From Kineococcus radiotolerans SRS30216 = ATCC BAA-149 (GTDB lineage: Bacteria > Actinomycetota > Actinomycetes > Actinomycetales > Kineococcaceae), in assembly GCF_000017305.1 (NCBI RefSeq), contig NC_009664.2, positions 4,320,001 through 4,352,000 of the forward strand: a stretch of 32,000 nucleotides of DNA. The letters run 5' to 3'. Below the pieces are notes generated by a model. It was not told the DNA's origin, did not search any database, and was given only the letters and a program-made list of their open reading frames with translations. Shown in pieces: positions 15,189 to 23,569 of the stretch (its first letter is position 1; every line of letters starts with the position of its first letter). The position numbers and the translations under genes are program-made.

Positions 15189-15611
15189 GATCGTGAGACT
15201 AGGGACGAGTCCATGATTCATCGATGCCGTGACAGCTGATCACGTCCACCTCTCGTCATGACCGGTAGATCGCTGAAGGTGCAGCGGTTCGTCGTGCCGG
15301 TGTGCCCGCCGACCCTGGAGTGGGCTTCGTCGTGCTCGCCAGGAGTGCGGACGCCGGTCTGCGCAGCCGTGGCAGGGAACGGGTGGAGGAGCTGGACTCC
15401 GCGTCCGCGGTCGGTGCGGTCTACTGCCGACTCGACGCGGAGACGATCACGGCGGAGCGGTTCGGCGATGACCTGCTGCTCTGGAGGTCGAACCGACTGC
15501 GACGGGGCGGATGCTGCGCTCGCGTTGACACAGCTGGTCGTCGATGAAGGGCCACCGACGAGGCATCGCAGCGCACGGCTCGAGCATCGGCGGAGGAGTC
15601 GGTGTTGAGTG

Positions 15612-15740
15612 TCACGTCCTTGCGGCGGGGGTGCGCGCTTCGCGCAGGCTGTGGCGCAGGACCAGGAAGGTGTTGAGGCCGGGCGTCAGTTCCAGCAGCA
15701 GGCACAGGGCGGCGAAGGCCAGCAGCGCGTCGAGGCTCAC
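15612..15740 (-). pseudogene. Truncated LysE/RhtB-family translocator (N-terminal 42 codons only)
   Basis: GTG 15740 then VSLDALLAFAALCLLLELTPGLNTFLVLRHSLREARTPAART and a stop at 15612. This matches the first TM helix and TPG-x-N...VLR motif of LysE-family exporters, which are normally about 200 aa. No continuation was found in any frame. Confidence 0.55.
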
Positions 15741-15814
15741 GCGGGCATGCTGCCAGGCCGCTGATGGAACCGGGCGCTGCACGAGACGCCTGGCCGACGG
15801 CGTGGAGCGGCAGG

Positions 15815-16741
15815 ATGCAGGGCCGAACCTCGTCGCCGCTGGTGGGCGAGGAGGCCGCTGTGCAGGGGGAACGCACAGTGCGCGCTCGGACGGGCGAGGA
15901 CGATTCCGTGCCCAGCGACGTACCCAGTGACGTGCCTGATGACGGGCGGGGCGATCAGTGGCTGGCGGGTCTGCTCGTGGAGGCACTAGTGCGAACGGGT
16001 GACGGTACACCACGGTGCCGCCGCAGGAGCCAGCATGAGGCCGTGACCTTCGATCCGCCCCCACACCCCCCGGAGGGGCACGACCCGGAACTCGGCCATC
16101 CCGCGGAGCTCGAGCAGCAGCGCAGCGAGAACCTGCGGGGCAGCGGGCACCTGCACGCCGGCGGGCCTCGCGGCGGCGGTGGACTGCCGCCGGTGCCGGT
16201 GGTCCTGGGCGCTGGTGGTGTGGGCCGCGGTTTGCTGTGGGCGCTCGCGTTCCTGCTGCTGGCTGCGGGTGGGTGGTGGCTGAGCCCGGGGGACGGGTTC
16301 GCCTTGCTGTACTTCAGCGGCCAGCTGGCCTTGAGCGCAGCGTGCGTCGTGTACGCCGTGGCCCGCCACCGTCTGGACACCGTGCGGCTGGAGGAGCAGG
16401 CGATCGTGGTGGTGACCCGGCGGGGGGAGAAGACGTACGCGTGGGCTGATGTGCTGGAGGTGTCCTGGCAGGGGTCGTCGTGGCCGTACGCCGGCAGCGG
16501 GCCGGTGCTGCGGCTGCGGGGTGGTCCTTTCGACACCCCGGGCCCCAACGCGCCGGCGCAGATCGCGCACCTGCCGATCTTCGGCCGGGCCGCTTCCCGG
16601 CAGGCGGTGGACCTGCTGCGTCGTGCTGCCGCGGCGCACCAGGTGCCGTACACGGCGAAGCTCATCGAGCTGATCAACACGGGCAAGCGCATGCCGCGGT
16701 TGCCCGGTGAGCCGCGTGCTTCGACCCGTGGCGGGCGGTGA
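15815..16741 (+). CDS. Membrane protein with bacterial PH-like domain (bPH_6-type), long N-terminal extension
   Basis: ORF 15764..16741(+). Two predicted TM helices (LLWALAFLLLAAGGWWL, LLYFSGQLALSAACVVYAV), then LEEQAIVVVTRRGEKTYAWADVLEVSW, a PH-like beta pattern. The start is uncertain (ATG 15764, 15815 or later). Confidence 0.6.
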   Translation: MQGRTSSPLVGEEAAVQGERTVRARTGEDDSVPSDVPSDVPDDGRGDQWLAGLLVEALVRTGDGTPRCRRRSQHEAVTFDPPPHPPEGHDPELGHPAELEQQRSENLRGSGHLHAGGPRGGGGLPPVPVVLGAGGVGRGLLWALAFLLLAAGGWWLSPGDGFALLYFSGQLALSAACVVYAVARHRLDTVRLEEQAIVVVTRRGEKTYAWADVLEVSWQGSSWPYAGSGPVLRLRGGPFDTPGPNAPAQIAHLPIFGRAASRQAVDLLRRAAAAHQVPYTAKLIELINTGKRMPRLPGEPRASTRGGR

Positions 16742-16960
16742 GGGTTTGGAGCGGACAGTCGTGACAGCCAGGTGATCGGGAAACCGCGGCTCGGCCAGGG
16801 CTGGCGGACTCGCGGTGATGGCTCAGCTGGCCCTGCCCCGGCGGCTCGACGCCGTCTCCGCCGCTGCTCGCGCTGCTGGCAGGCTGCGGGAGTGCACGGG
16901 AGCAGCCGAGAACCCAGCCGAGGACCTGACCCCCTCACGCCCGGAACCACCCCTCCCGGC

Positions 16961-17395
16961 GTGGACTCGACCGGGGTGGAGCCGGTCTACGTCCTGCGCT
17001 CCTCCAGCCTGTTCCGGCGGCTGGTCACCGGCTGCTTCGCGGCCACCACCGGGTCCGCGACCTTCCGGGTTTGGGAGGGTCGGCATGACCTCGCCGGTGT
17101 CGTCCTGGGGCTGGTTCCGGTCCTCATCGGCGCTGTTCTCGTGCTCATCCTCCTCACCCGGCCTTCCACCATCGCCTTCAGCGCAGACGGGGTGCGGATC
17201 CGCTCGTTCCTGCGGTTCGGGCCGCTGGTTCCGTGGTCTGAGGTGGTGGACATCGAGGTGGCGGGACGCTGGGACGATGAGCCCTCGATCCGGCTGCCGA
17301 TCGAGGGCTACGTGCGCCGGCGATGGCTGCGGGGGATGCCGGACGAGGATGTGAGGCGGTTGGCCGGCGCCTTCGCGCGCTCACGCGGGTGTTGA
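16961..17395 (+). CDS. Membrane protein with bacterial PH-like domain (paralog)
   Basis: ORF 16772..17395(+). Two TM helices, then TIAFSADGVRIRSFLRFGPLVPWSEVVDIEV. The start is uncertain (GTG 16961 or 16976), and the upstream part of the ORF looks non-coding. Confidence 0.6.
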   Translation: MDSTGVEPVYVLRSSSLFRRLVTGCFAATTGSATFRVWEGRHDLAGVVLGLVPVLIGAVLVLILLTRPSTIAFSADGVRIRSFLRFGPLVPWSEVVDIEVAGRWDDEPSIRLPIEGYVRRRWLRGMPDEDVRRLAGAFARSRGC

Positions 17396-17551
17396 GGGTG
17401 GGATGCCTCGACGCCACCTGCCGCCTGGAGCGAAGACGTCGGACGGAACGGAGCCGGGGACCGGGACGGAAACCGAGGTCGATCTCAGCGGTCGCCCTCA
17501 GTCCCGCTGGTTGCTCTGCTCGGGCGGGGCGCTGTGGAGGTTCCGTCGTCC

Positions 17552-18577
17552 TCACCGGGGGAGGGCCTTCTCGAGCAGGGGGACGAGGGCGTCGAGGGCG
17601 TACTGCAGGGACAGGACGCTGCTCAGCGAGTAGGCGCTGGAGACCTCGGCGTCGAGGATCACCGCGCGGGCGTCGGTGACGGCGGGCAGCGCCTGCCAGA
17701 CCGGGTCGTCGGTGATGTCGTCCACCGGCACCGAGATCGGGAAGGTGACCACCACGTCGGCGTCCAGGACCGCCAGGCGCTCGGGGGAGAGGTCCACGGT
17801 GAACCCGCTGCCGCTGACGGGCAGGGCTGCGATCTGCGGGTTCTGGACGAACCCGAGCCGTTGGAGGAACTGGACGCGTTCGCTCGCCTCGACGTAGGCG
17901 CCCCAACCTCTGCTGGTGCGCGCAGCCGCGCTGGCCGTGCGCCCTCGCCAGTGCGGGTGGGCAGCGGCGGCGGCCGCGAATGCCTCGTCCACGGCGGCGT
18001 CCAGACGCCGACCCTCCTCGGGACGTCCCAGTGCCTGGGCGATCATCGTCACCTGCTGCCGGCGGCTGGTGAGGTAGGAGTCCCCGTCGACGGGGACGCC
18101 CACGGTGGGGGCGATGGCGGCGAGGGTGTCGTGACGATCCTGGTCGCCTGAGCTCTTGACGTCGAGGATGAGGTCCGGTCGCAGGGCGGCGATGGCCTCG
18201 TAGGAGGGTTCGAGCGTGCCGATGATCTGCGGTGGTGTCGTGTAGCGGCCCGCCGCCCAGGGTCCGACGCCGTCGCCACCGAAGGCCAGCCAGTCCGAGG
18301 CGCCGACGGGCTGCACGCCCAGGGCCAGCGCGGTCTCCGCGTCGCCCCAGCCGAGCGCGACCACCCGTCGTGGTGCTTCCTCGACGGTCACCGTCCCGAA
18401 CTTCGTGGTGATGGTGACGGGGAAGGCGCCCGTCTCGGCGCCCGTGTCGGGGTTGGGGGTCCCCGGGTCGGAGGCGGGTGCGTCCTCGTCGGACGCCCCG
18501 CAGGCGGTGGTCGTCAAGGCCGCGCCGAGAGCACTGAGGAGCATGGCGCGTCGGGAGGCAGAGGGGAACCGGGTCAT
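17552..18577 (-). CDS. Iron-siderophore ABC transporter substrate-binding lipoprotein (FecB/FhuD-like)
   Basis: ORF 17552..18607(-), start placed at ATG 18577. MTRFPSASRRAMLLSALGAALTTTAC gives a twin-arginine plus lipobox Cys. RRVVALGWGDAETALALGVQPVG and LRPDLILD are typical of siderophore-type binding proteins. Confidence 0.88.
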   Translation of the reverse strand: MTRFPSASRRAMLLSALGAALTTTACGASDEDAPASDPGTPNPDTGAETGAFPVTITTKFGTVTVEEAPRRVVALGWGDAETALALGVQPVGASDWLAFGGDGVGPWAAGRYTTPPQIIGTLEPSYEAIAALRPDLILDVKSSGDQDRHDTLAAIAPTVGVPVDGDSYLTSRRQQVTMIAQALGRPEEGRRLDAAVDEAFAAAAAAHPHWRGRTASAAARTSRGWGAYVEASERVQFLQRLGFVQNPQIAALPVSGSGFTVDLSPERLAVLDADVVVTFPISVPVDDITDDPVWQALPAVTDARAVILDAEVSSAYSLSSVLSLQYALDALVPLLEKALPR

Positions 18578-18611
18578 GGTGGGGGTCAGCTCCTGAGGGG
18601 TCGCCATCGAG

Positions 18612-18630
18612 TGAGGCTGACCTTACCTGA
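18612..18630. promoter_or_regulatory. IdeR/DtxR iron-box-like site
   Basis: TGAGGCTGACCTTACCTGA matches 13 of 19 positions of the consensus TTAGGTTAGCCTAACCTAA. It lies 35-53 nt upstream of the binding-protein start. Confidence 0.4.
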
Positions 18631-18886
18631 GGGTGGATTCGACCCGCGGGGCGCCGGTGGGGAGCCTCCGCGACGCGCATCCGGGATCCAGTCGCTCGTG
18701 CGCTGGTCCCCTCCGGCTGCCGTGCCCGTGGAACGGCGTCGGCCATCGACGACCGCTCGTACCGCGGGGGGCCCGCGAGGTCGTGCATCCCGTGCTTCAC
18801 GGCGACTACGAGGTCAGTAGTAGTTCCCGTGCGCCTGGCGGGCTGACGAGCCCGGCGGCCGTCGTGGGTCTCGGGTCAGGTCAGCG

Positions 18887-18915
18887 CCGCGCCGAACGCG
18901 GGACGACCGCGCAGG
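18887..18915 (+). repeat. Hairpin + GGGAYGACYGYG intergenic repeat, copy f
   Basis: Hairpin CCGCG-ccgaa-CGCGG (18887-18901), then core GGGACGACCGCG (18900-18911), 30 nt upstream of the RidA-family gene. Confidence 0.7.
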
Positions 18916-18940
18916 GCAGCGCCGGCGGCCCCGGACAGGC

Positions 18941-19342
18941 ATGATCGAGAGCGTGTCCGATCGTGAAGTCGTCTCGTCCGGCGCCGTGTGGGAGCCGCTG
19001 GTCGGTTACTCCCGTGCGGTGCGTGTCGGATCCTGGATCAGCGTGGCGGGTACCACCGCTGCCGGCCCGGACGGTGCCCCCGTGGGTGGTGACGACATCG
19101 CCGAGCAGACCCGCGAGGCCATCCGGCGCATCGAGGCCGCCCTGGCGCAGGTCGGGGCGGGCCTGGGCGACGTGGTGCGCACCCGCATGTTCGTCACCGA
19201 CATCACCCGGTGGGAGGAGGTCGGCCGCGCTCACGGTGAGTTCTTCGCCGACATCCGCCCCGCCTCGTCCATGGTGCAGATCAGTGCTCTCATCGACCCG
19301 CGTCTGCTGGTGGAGGTCGAGGCGGACGCGGTCCTGGGGTGA
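18941..19342 (+). CDS. RidA/YjgF/UK114 family protein
   Basis: ORF 18941..19342(+), 133 aa. [18 protein letters not shown]...[10 protein letters not shown]...VEVEADAV is the family pattern. Confidence 0.88.
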   Translation: MIESVSDREVVSSGAVWEPLVGYSRAVRVGSWISVAGTTAAGPDGAPVGGDDIAEQTREAIRRIEAALAQVGAGLGDVVRTRMFVTDITRWEEVGRAHGEFFADIRPASSMVQISALIDPRLLVEVEADAVLG

Positions 19343-19503
19343 CCCGGGCGCTCACCGAACTCTTCGACGAGACCCCGACGCCGTCGCCCGCCAGCCGCAG
19401 CGTACCCATCGCCGGATGCCCGTGAGGTTCGTACGTTCCTGGGCGCTCATCGTCGATCGTTCACCGGCTCGGGGTTCCTCGCTCCACTGGAGAGGGTGAG
19501 CGT

Positions 19504-20208
19504 TCAGCGTCTCCAGAGCAGGTGGTGCACGACTCCGCTGGGGCTGGGGACGACGTCGTGGTGGAAACGGTCGTCCAGCTCGTCCGGGGAGGCCCACAGC
19601 CGGGTACCCGAGCCGAGCTCGAGGGGGGCGACCACGACGTGCAGGGTGTCGATGAGGTCGGCGTCGAGGAAGGCGCGGATGGTCTGCGCGCCCCCGCCGA
19701 GGCGGACGTCCTTCCCACCGGCGCTCGCGCGGGCCTGGCCCAAGACCTCGGCGGGGGATCCCTGGACGAAGTGGAAGGTGGTGTCGGCGAGGGTGAAGGA
19801 GGGGCGCGGGTGGTGGGTGAGGACGAAGACGGGGGTGTGGAAGGGTGGCTCCTCACCCCACCAGCCTCGCCACCGGTGGTCGGTCCAGGGTCCGCGGTGG
19901 GGGCTGAACTTGTTGCGTCCCATGATTTCGGCGCCGATGTCGTGGTGAAAGGCCCGGGCCAGGTGGTCGTCGAGCCCGCGGGTACCTCCGGGGGTGGTGC
20001 GGCCGGGGAAGCTGGCGGTGGGGAAGACCCAGGACATGAGGACGCCGGGGTCGGCGTGGCCGAAGGGCCGTTGCAGGCTCTGGCCGTCCCCGGCGCCGTA
20101 GCCGTCGGTGGAGACGGTGAAGTTCTGCACTCTCAGCAGCTGGGGCACGGCTCTCCTCGGTCTGGCGGGCGCTCTCGTCGATGGACCGTCGTCATCGTCG
20201 GATGTCAT
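19504..20208 (-). CDS. Dihydrofolate reductase family (RibD_C-like) protein, second copy in window
   Basis: ORF 19504..20208(-). VSTDGYGAG, EIMGRNKF, VFVLTHHPR, VRLGGGAQTIRAFLDADLIDTLHVVVAPLELG. The N-terminal start is uncertain. Confidence 0.82.
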   Translation of the reverse strand: MTSDDDDGPSTRAPARPRRAVPQLLRVQNFTVSTDGYGAGDGQSLQRPFGHADPGVLMSWVFPTASFPGRTTPGGTRGLDDHLARAFHHDIGAEIMGRNKFSPHRGPWTDHRWRGWWGEEPPFHTPVFVLTHHPRPSFTLADTTFHFVQGSPAEVLGQARASAGGKDVRLGGGAQTIRAFLDADLIDTLHVVVAPLELGSGTRLWASPDELDDRFHHDVVPSPSGVVHHLLWRR

Positions 20209-20459
20209 CGCTGGGCCCGTCCACGCCGCGTCTAGTCACGGCTGAACCCTCTGGCCGGGGTCGGTGATCTCTTGGACATCATCGGGACCGGAGTTGACGA
20301 CGTCCACGACAGCGGGGTGATCCTGCATCGCGCTCGCTCCGAGGACCCGGGTGCTGTCTGGAGACGTGGACAGCCTGCAGGCACGGCCGGCTCCGCAGGC
20401 GTGACCGGGCACTGGGGCAGACTGCGCTGTGTCGAACCTGTCGAGGAGGGCTGCGCACC

Positions 20460-21362
20460 ATGATCGATCTTCCGGACCGTGCGGTTCCCCTGTACCTGCG
20501 CCTGAGCAGGGCCAACCGGCCCTACGCCACCGCCGAGGGGGCGCGGCAGCGACTGCAGGACACGATCCTGCGGCCCCGCTCCTACGGGCCTCCACGGTGG
20601 CTCCGGCGTGACGTGCACCTCGAGGTCGCCCACGACCGGCACTGGCCGGTGTACACGCTCACCCCGGCCACCGGAGCCGCACCCACCGGAGGCGTCGTCT
20701 ACGTCCACGGTGGGGGGTGGGTGAACCAGATCTCCCCGCACCACTGGAAGCTGGCGGCTGACATCGCCGCCGAGGCGGGGGTGACGGTCACCGTCCCGAT
20801 CTACCCGCTGCTCCCCTACGGCAGCGCGGCGCAGGTGGGGCAGTGGGTCGTCGAGCTCGTGCGTCGCAGCTTCGACACCCGAGGGCCGACGTGCCTGGCG
20901 GGTGACTCCGCCGGCGGGCAGATCGCCTTGTCGGCGACGCTGCGGCTGCGTGATGCAGGCATCGTCCTGCCCCGCACCGTGTTGATCTCTCCTGCGCTGG
21001 ACCTGACGTGGAGCAATCCCCGGATCCCGCAGGTGCAGCCCTCGGACCCGTGGCTGGGTCGGCCCGGGGGGCATTTCTTCGCCGACGCCTGGCGGGGCGA
21101 GCTCCCCATGACCGACCCGGTGGTGAGTCCCCTCTTCGGGGACTTCACGGGGCTGGGCCCGTTGAGCGTGTTCAGCGGAACGCGCGACATCCTCAACCCC
21201 GATGCTCACCTGCTGGTGGCCAAGGCCCGCAGCGCCGGTGTTCAGGTCGACTTCCACGAAGCGTTCGGTCAAGTCCACGTCTACCCCCTGGTGCCGACCC
21301 GGGCGGGCCGTGAAGCGGCGCAGGCGGTGGTGGAAGGTCTCAAGATCGCGTGCCGGGGGTAG
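20460..21362 (+). CDS. Alpha/beta hydrolase, hormone-sensitive-lipase-like esterase
   Basis: ORF 20460..21362(+). Oxyanion motif HGGGW and nucleophile elbow GDSAGG, with GGAGG upstream of the ATG. Confidence 0.9.
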   Translation: MIDLPDRAVPLYLRLSRANRPYATAEGARQRLQDTILRPRSYGPPRWLRRDVHLEVAHDRHWPVYTLTPATGAAPTGGVVYVHGGGWVNQISPHHWKLAADIAAEAGVTVTVPIYPLLPYGSAAQVGQWVVELVRRSFDTRGPTCLAGDSAGGQIALSATLRLRDAGIVLPRTVLISPALDLTWSNPRIPQVQPSDPWLGRPGGHFFADAWRGELPMTDPVVSPLFGDFTGLGPLSVFSGTRDILNPDAHLLVAKARSAGVQVDFHEAFGQVHVYPLVPTRAGREAAQAVVEGLKIACRG

Positions 21363-21692
21363 CGGTCCTACGGCGAGCAGGACCCGCAGGTCGCCGCCCG
21401 CCTCACGACGTACTGCGCGGTCGTGGTGTGCCGCGGGCTCGGCCGTGGGCTCCTGCGCTCCCCGACCCTCCCGGTTCTGCCACGCGGGGTGACGCCACGA
21501 CGCGGATGACCGGCTCACGTGGGGGTGACCAGGACCCGCGCAGTGCAGAGCCGACCGCCGACCCGCTGACTCGCCGGCTCGTCCTTCCAGGCTGCCCGGG
21601 CGCTCGCCGTGGGGTGGGAGTGGCGGCAGGTGCACACCGCCGGTGTGATTACTCTGAGTCGTCATGAGTGGGTGTGATGTGTTCGATGCTGC

Positions 21693-23051
21693 ATGACAGT
21701 GTGCCTGCCTGCGGATGGGGAGTGTCCAGGACATGACGTGGGAACCGCTCCCGTGAGCACCAAGGTCGGCGCGGGCACCGATGCCGGTGGGAACGCCGAT
21801 GAGGGCGCCGACGTGGGTACCGCCGTGCGAACCGGCACGAGCGCGGGGACCGTCGGAGTGCAGGCGAGCGTGCCCCTGCCCGCTACCGCCGCGAGCGTGG
21901 CGGCGGCGCGCCGGCACCTGCGCGCTGTGCTGGCGGATCGTTCCCCTGCGGCCTCGCAGGCGGCGTCGCGGGTGGTGCCCGAGGCGGTGTCCGAGGCGGT
22001 GCTCGCCGACGCCGAGGTCTGCGTGAGCGAGCTGGTCACCAACGCCGTCCTCCACGCCGGTAGCGGGATCGTCCTCACCGTCACCACGCTCCTCGTCGGC
22101 GGTGAGGAGCGGCTGCGCCTGACCGTCCGTGATGGCTCCCCGACCCTCCCGCGGTGGGTGCCGCACACGCTGGGCGCGGGCACGGGGCGGGGTCTGACCC
22201 TCATCAGTGCTCTGGCCCGTGCGCACGGGGCGCAGGTCAGCACCGACGCTGCCAGTGGCGCAGGCGGCAAGGACGTCTGGTGCGAGCTGACCCTGCGGCG
22301 TGCCGGTGCAGCGGACGCGGCGCCCGAGCCGAGGAGGACCTCACCGTCCCTGACCGCGTCATCGGATGCGGCTGACCTCGACGATCTGGCCGTGCACGGT
22401 CTCGACGAGGTGGACCCCGTCCTGGCCGCCCAGTGGGCCGACGCGGTGGCGGAACTGCTCAGTCCGGAACCCGAAGGACGGGGCCCCGACGGGCGGGGGC
22501 CCGACGCACACCGGCCCGACGCACCGGAGCTCGACGGGGCGGGACCCGACGAGCCGGGACCCGGTGGATCGGAGCAGGACGGACCGGCGGGTGCCGGTTC
22601 CGGGGCGGCGGCCTTGTGGTTGCTCGACTACCCGGTAGCGCTGGGGGTGCGGATGCGTGAGCACCGGGAAGCGGTGCTGCGGGAGCTGCAGGTCATGGTC
22701 CTGGGCGCGCCGGTTGAGCGCACCGATGTGGCCGGGGTCATCGAGGGGGTGCGGGCCATGCTGGACGCGCTGTACGGGCGGCTGACGCCGGTGGAGGCGC
22801 GTGCTCTGCAGGCCCTGGTGGACGGGCGTGAGCGCATCGACCTGGCCTACCCCCGGCTGCCGGAGCACCTGGTGCTGATCGAACGGTGGCGGGCCTGCCT
22901 GCGCGACCTGGAAGGTCTGAGCCGATCTCCCCGGTACGCCAGTCTCGCGACCCCCGCGGAGGTGGAGGCGTTGGAGACGTGGATCGTGGAGGAGATCTCC
23001 CGGCAGTTGGACGGTGCCGCGGCTCGGCCCTGGCCGGGCAGGACCAGCTGA
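21693..23051 (+). CDS. ATP-binding protein with RsbW/SpoIIAB-like HATPase domain plus uncharacterised C-terminal domain
   Basis: ORF 21693..23051(+). AAARRHLRAVL...CVSELVTNAVLHAGSG...RLTVRDGSP...GRGLTLISALA resembles anti-sigma-factor-type kinases. A Gly/Pro/Asp-rich linker follows (GRGPDGRGPDAHRPDAPELDGAGPDEPGPGG), then a helical C-terminal region of about 150 aa with no family recognised. The start is uncertain. Confidence 0.7.
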   Translation: MTVCLPADGECPGHDVGTAPVSTKVGAGTDAGGNADEGADVGTAVRTGTSAGTVGVQASVPLPATAASVAAARRHLRAVLADRSPAASQAASRVVPEAVSEAVLADAEVCVSELVTNAVLHAGSGIVLTVTTLLVGGEERLRLTVRDGSPTLPRWVPHTLGAGTGRGLTLISALARAHGAQVSTDAASGAGGKDVWCELTLRRAGAADAAPEPRRTSPSLTASSDAADLDDLAVHGLDEVDPVLAAQWADAVAELLSPEPEGRGPDGRGPDAHRPDAPELDGAGPDEPGPGGSEQDGPAGAGSGAAALWLLDYPVALGVRMREHREAVLRELQVMVLGAPVERTDVAGVIEGVRAMLDALYGRLTPVEARALQALVDGRERIDLAYPRLPEHLVLIERWRACLRDLEGLSRSPRYASLATPAEVEALETWIVEEISRQLDGAAARPWPGRTS

Positions 23052-23056
23052 ACCGG

Positions 23057-23569
23057 GTGCTGACCGGTGGGAGGGGATGCACGCCGCCCCGCCACCCCTC
23101 GGGCGAGCCCGCGGCGGTCGTCGCAGCCGCGCTGCTGACGCACGCCGACCTGTCCCGTCTGGTGCGGGAGCTGACCGAGCACCCCCAGGCTCCCGACCAG
23201 GCGGGTCCGCCGGCGGTGCCGGTGCAGGTCCGCACGCGGGGCGATGATCGCGATGGACGACACCGGCACTGGCTGCGCGGGGCTGAGTCACTGCCGGCGC
23301 TGCGCCCGCACGTCGTGGAGCTGGCACTGGAGCTGATCGGCGGCGCTGCGCGGGAGACCCGGGTGATCGGTCATCCATGCTCATCCGTTCTTCGTGCCGG
23401 TCCGCCCGTGTGCAACGGGGCGCAGTCGGACCTGAATCCGCTGCTTGGATGCCGACCAAGGGCCTCCGAGCCGCTGTCAGGTCCTCTCTGCCCGGGCCCT
23501 CAACTGGCGAGTCTCAAGTCAGCGGTGGAAGGCGCCCTCGTCTCCTCCACGTGCCCTTCGACGCGGTGA
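23057..23569 (+). CDS. Possible hypothetical protein downstream of the ATPase gene
   Basis: Same frame as ORF 22886..23569(+). GTG 23057 lies 6 nt after the upstream stop. Third-position GC is high until about 23370, then decays. The 3' end overlaps the convergent lipid kinase gene by 70 nt, so the true end is doubtful. Confidence 0.3.
   Translation: MLTGGRGCTPPRHPSGEPAAVVAAALLTHADLSRLVRELTEHPQAPDQAGPPAVPVQVRTRGDDRDGRHRHWLRGAESLPALRPHVVELALELIGGAARETRVIGHPCSSVLRAGPPVCNGAQSDLNPLLGCRPRASEPLSGPLCPGPQLASLKSAVEGALVSSTCPSTR

Noticed and set aside
16818-16927. Lipoprotein signal peptide (MAQLALPRR... then LLALLAGCGS in a second frame)
   Set aside because: It needs two frameshifts to connect to the downstream PH-domain gene. 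LLAGC-type strings arise easily from GCTGCTGGCAGGCTGC in GC-rich DNA. It is noted only as a possible remnant.
18630-18650. tRNA-like T-arm (ggtggattcgacccgc)
   Set aside because: No acceptor, anticodon or D-arm structure can be drawn around it, and it deviates from the GGTTCGAATCC pattern.
17178-18800. 540-aa minus-strand ORF
   Set aside because: It is an alternative frame over the siderophore-binding protein and PH-domain genes, with Arg/Pro-rich nonsense translation.
20232-22226. 664-aa ORF on the minus strand
   Set aside because: It is antisense to the esterase and the RsbW-like genes, which have clear motifs. It has low-complexity Arg/Pro/Gly composition.
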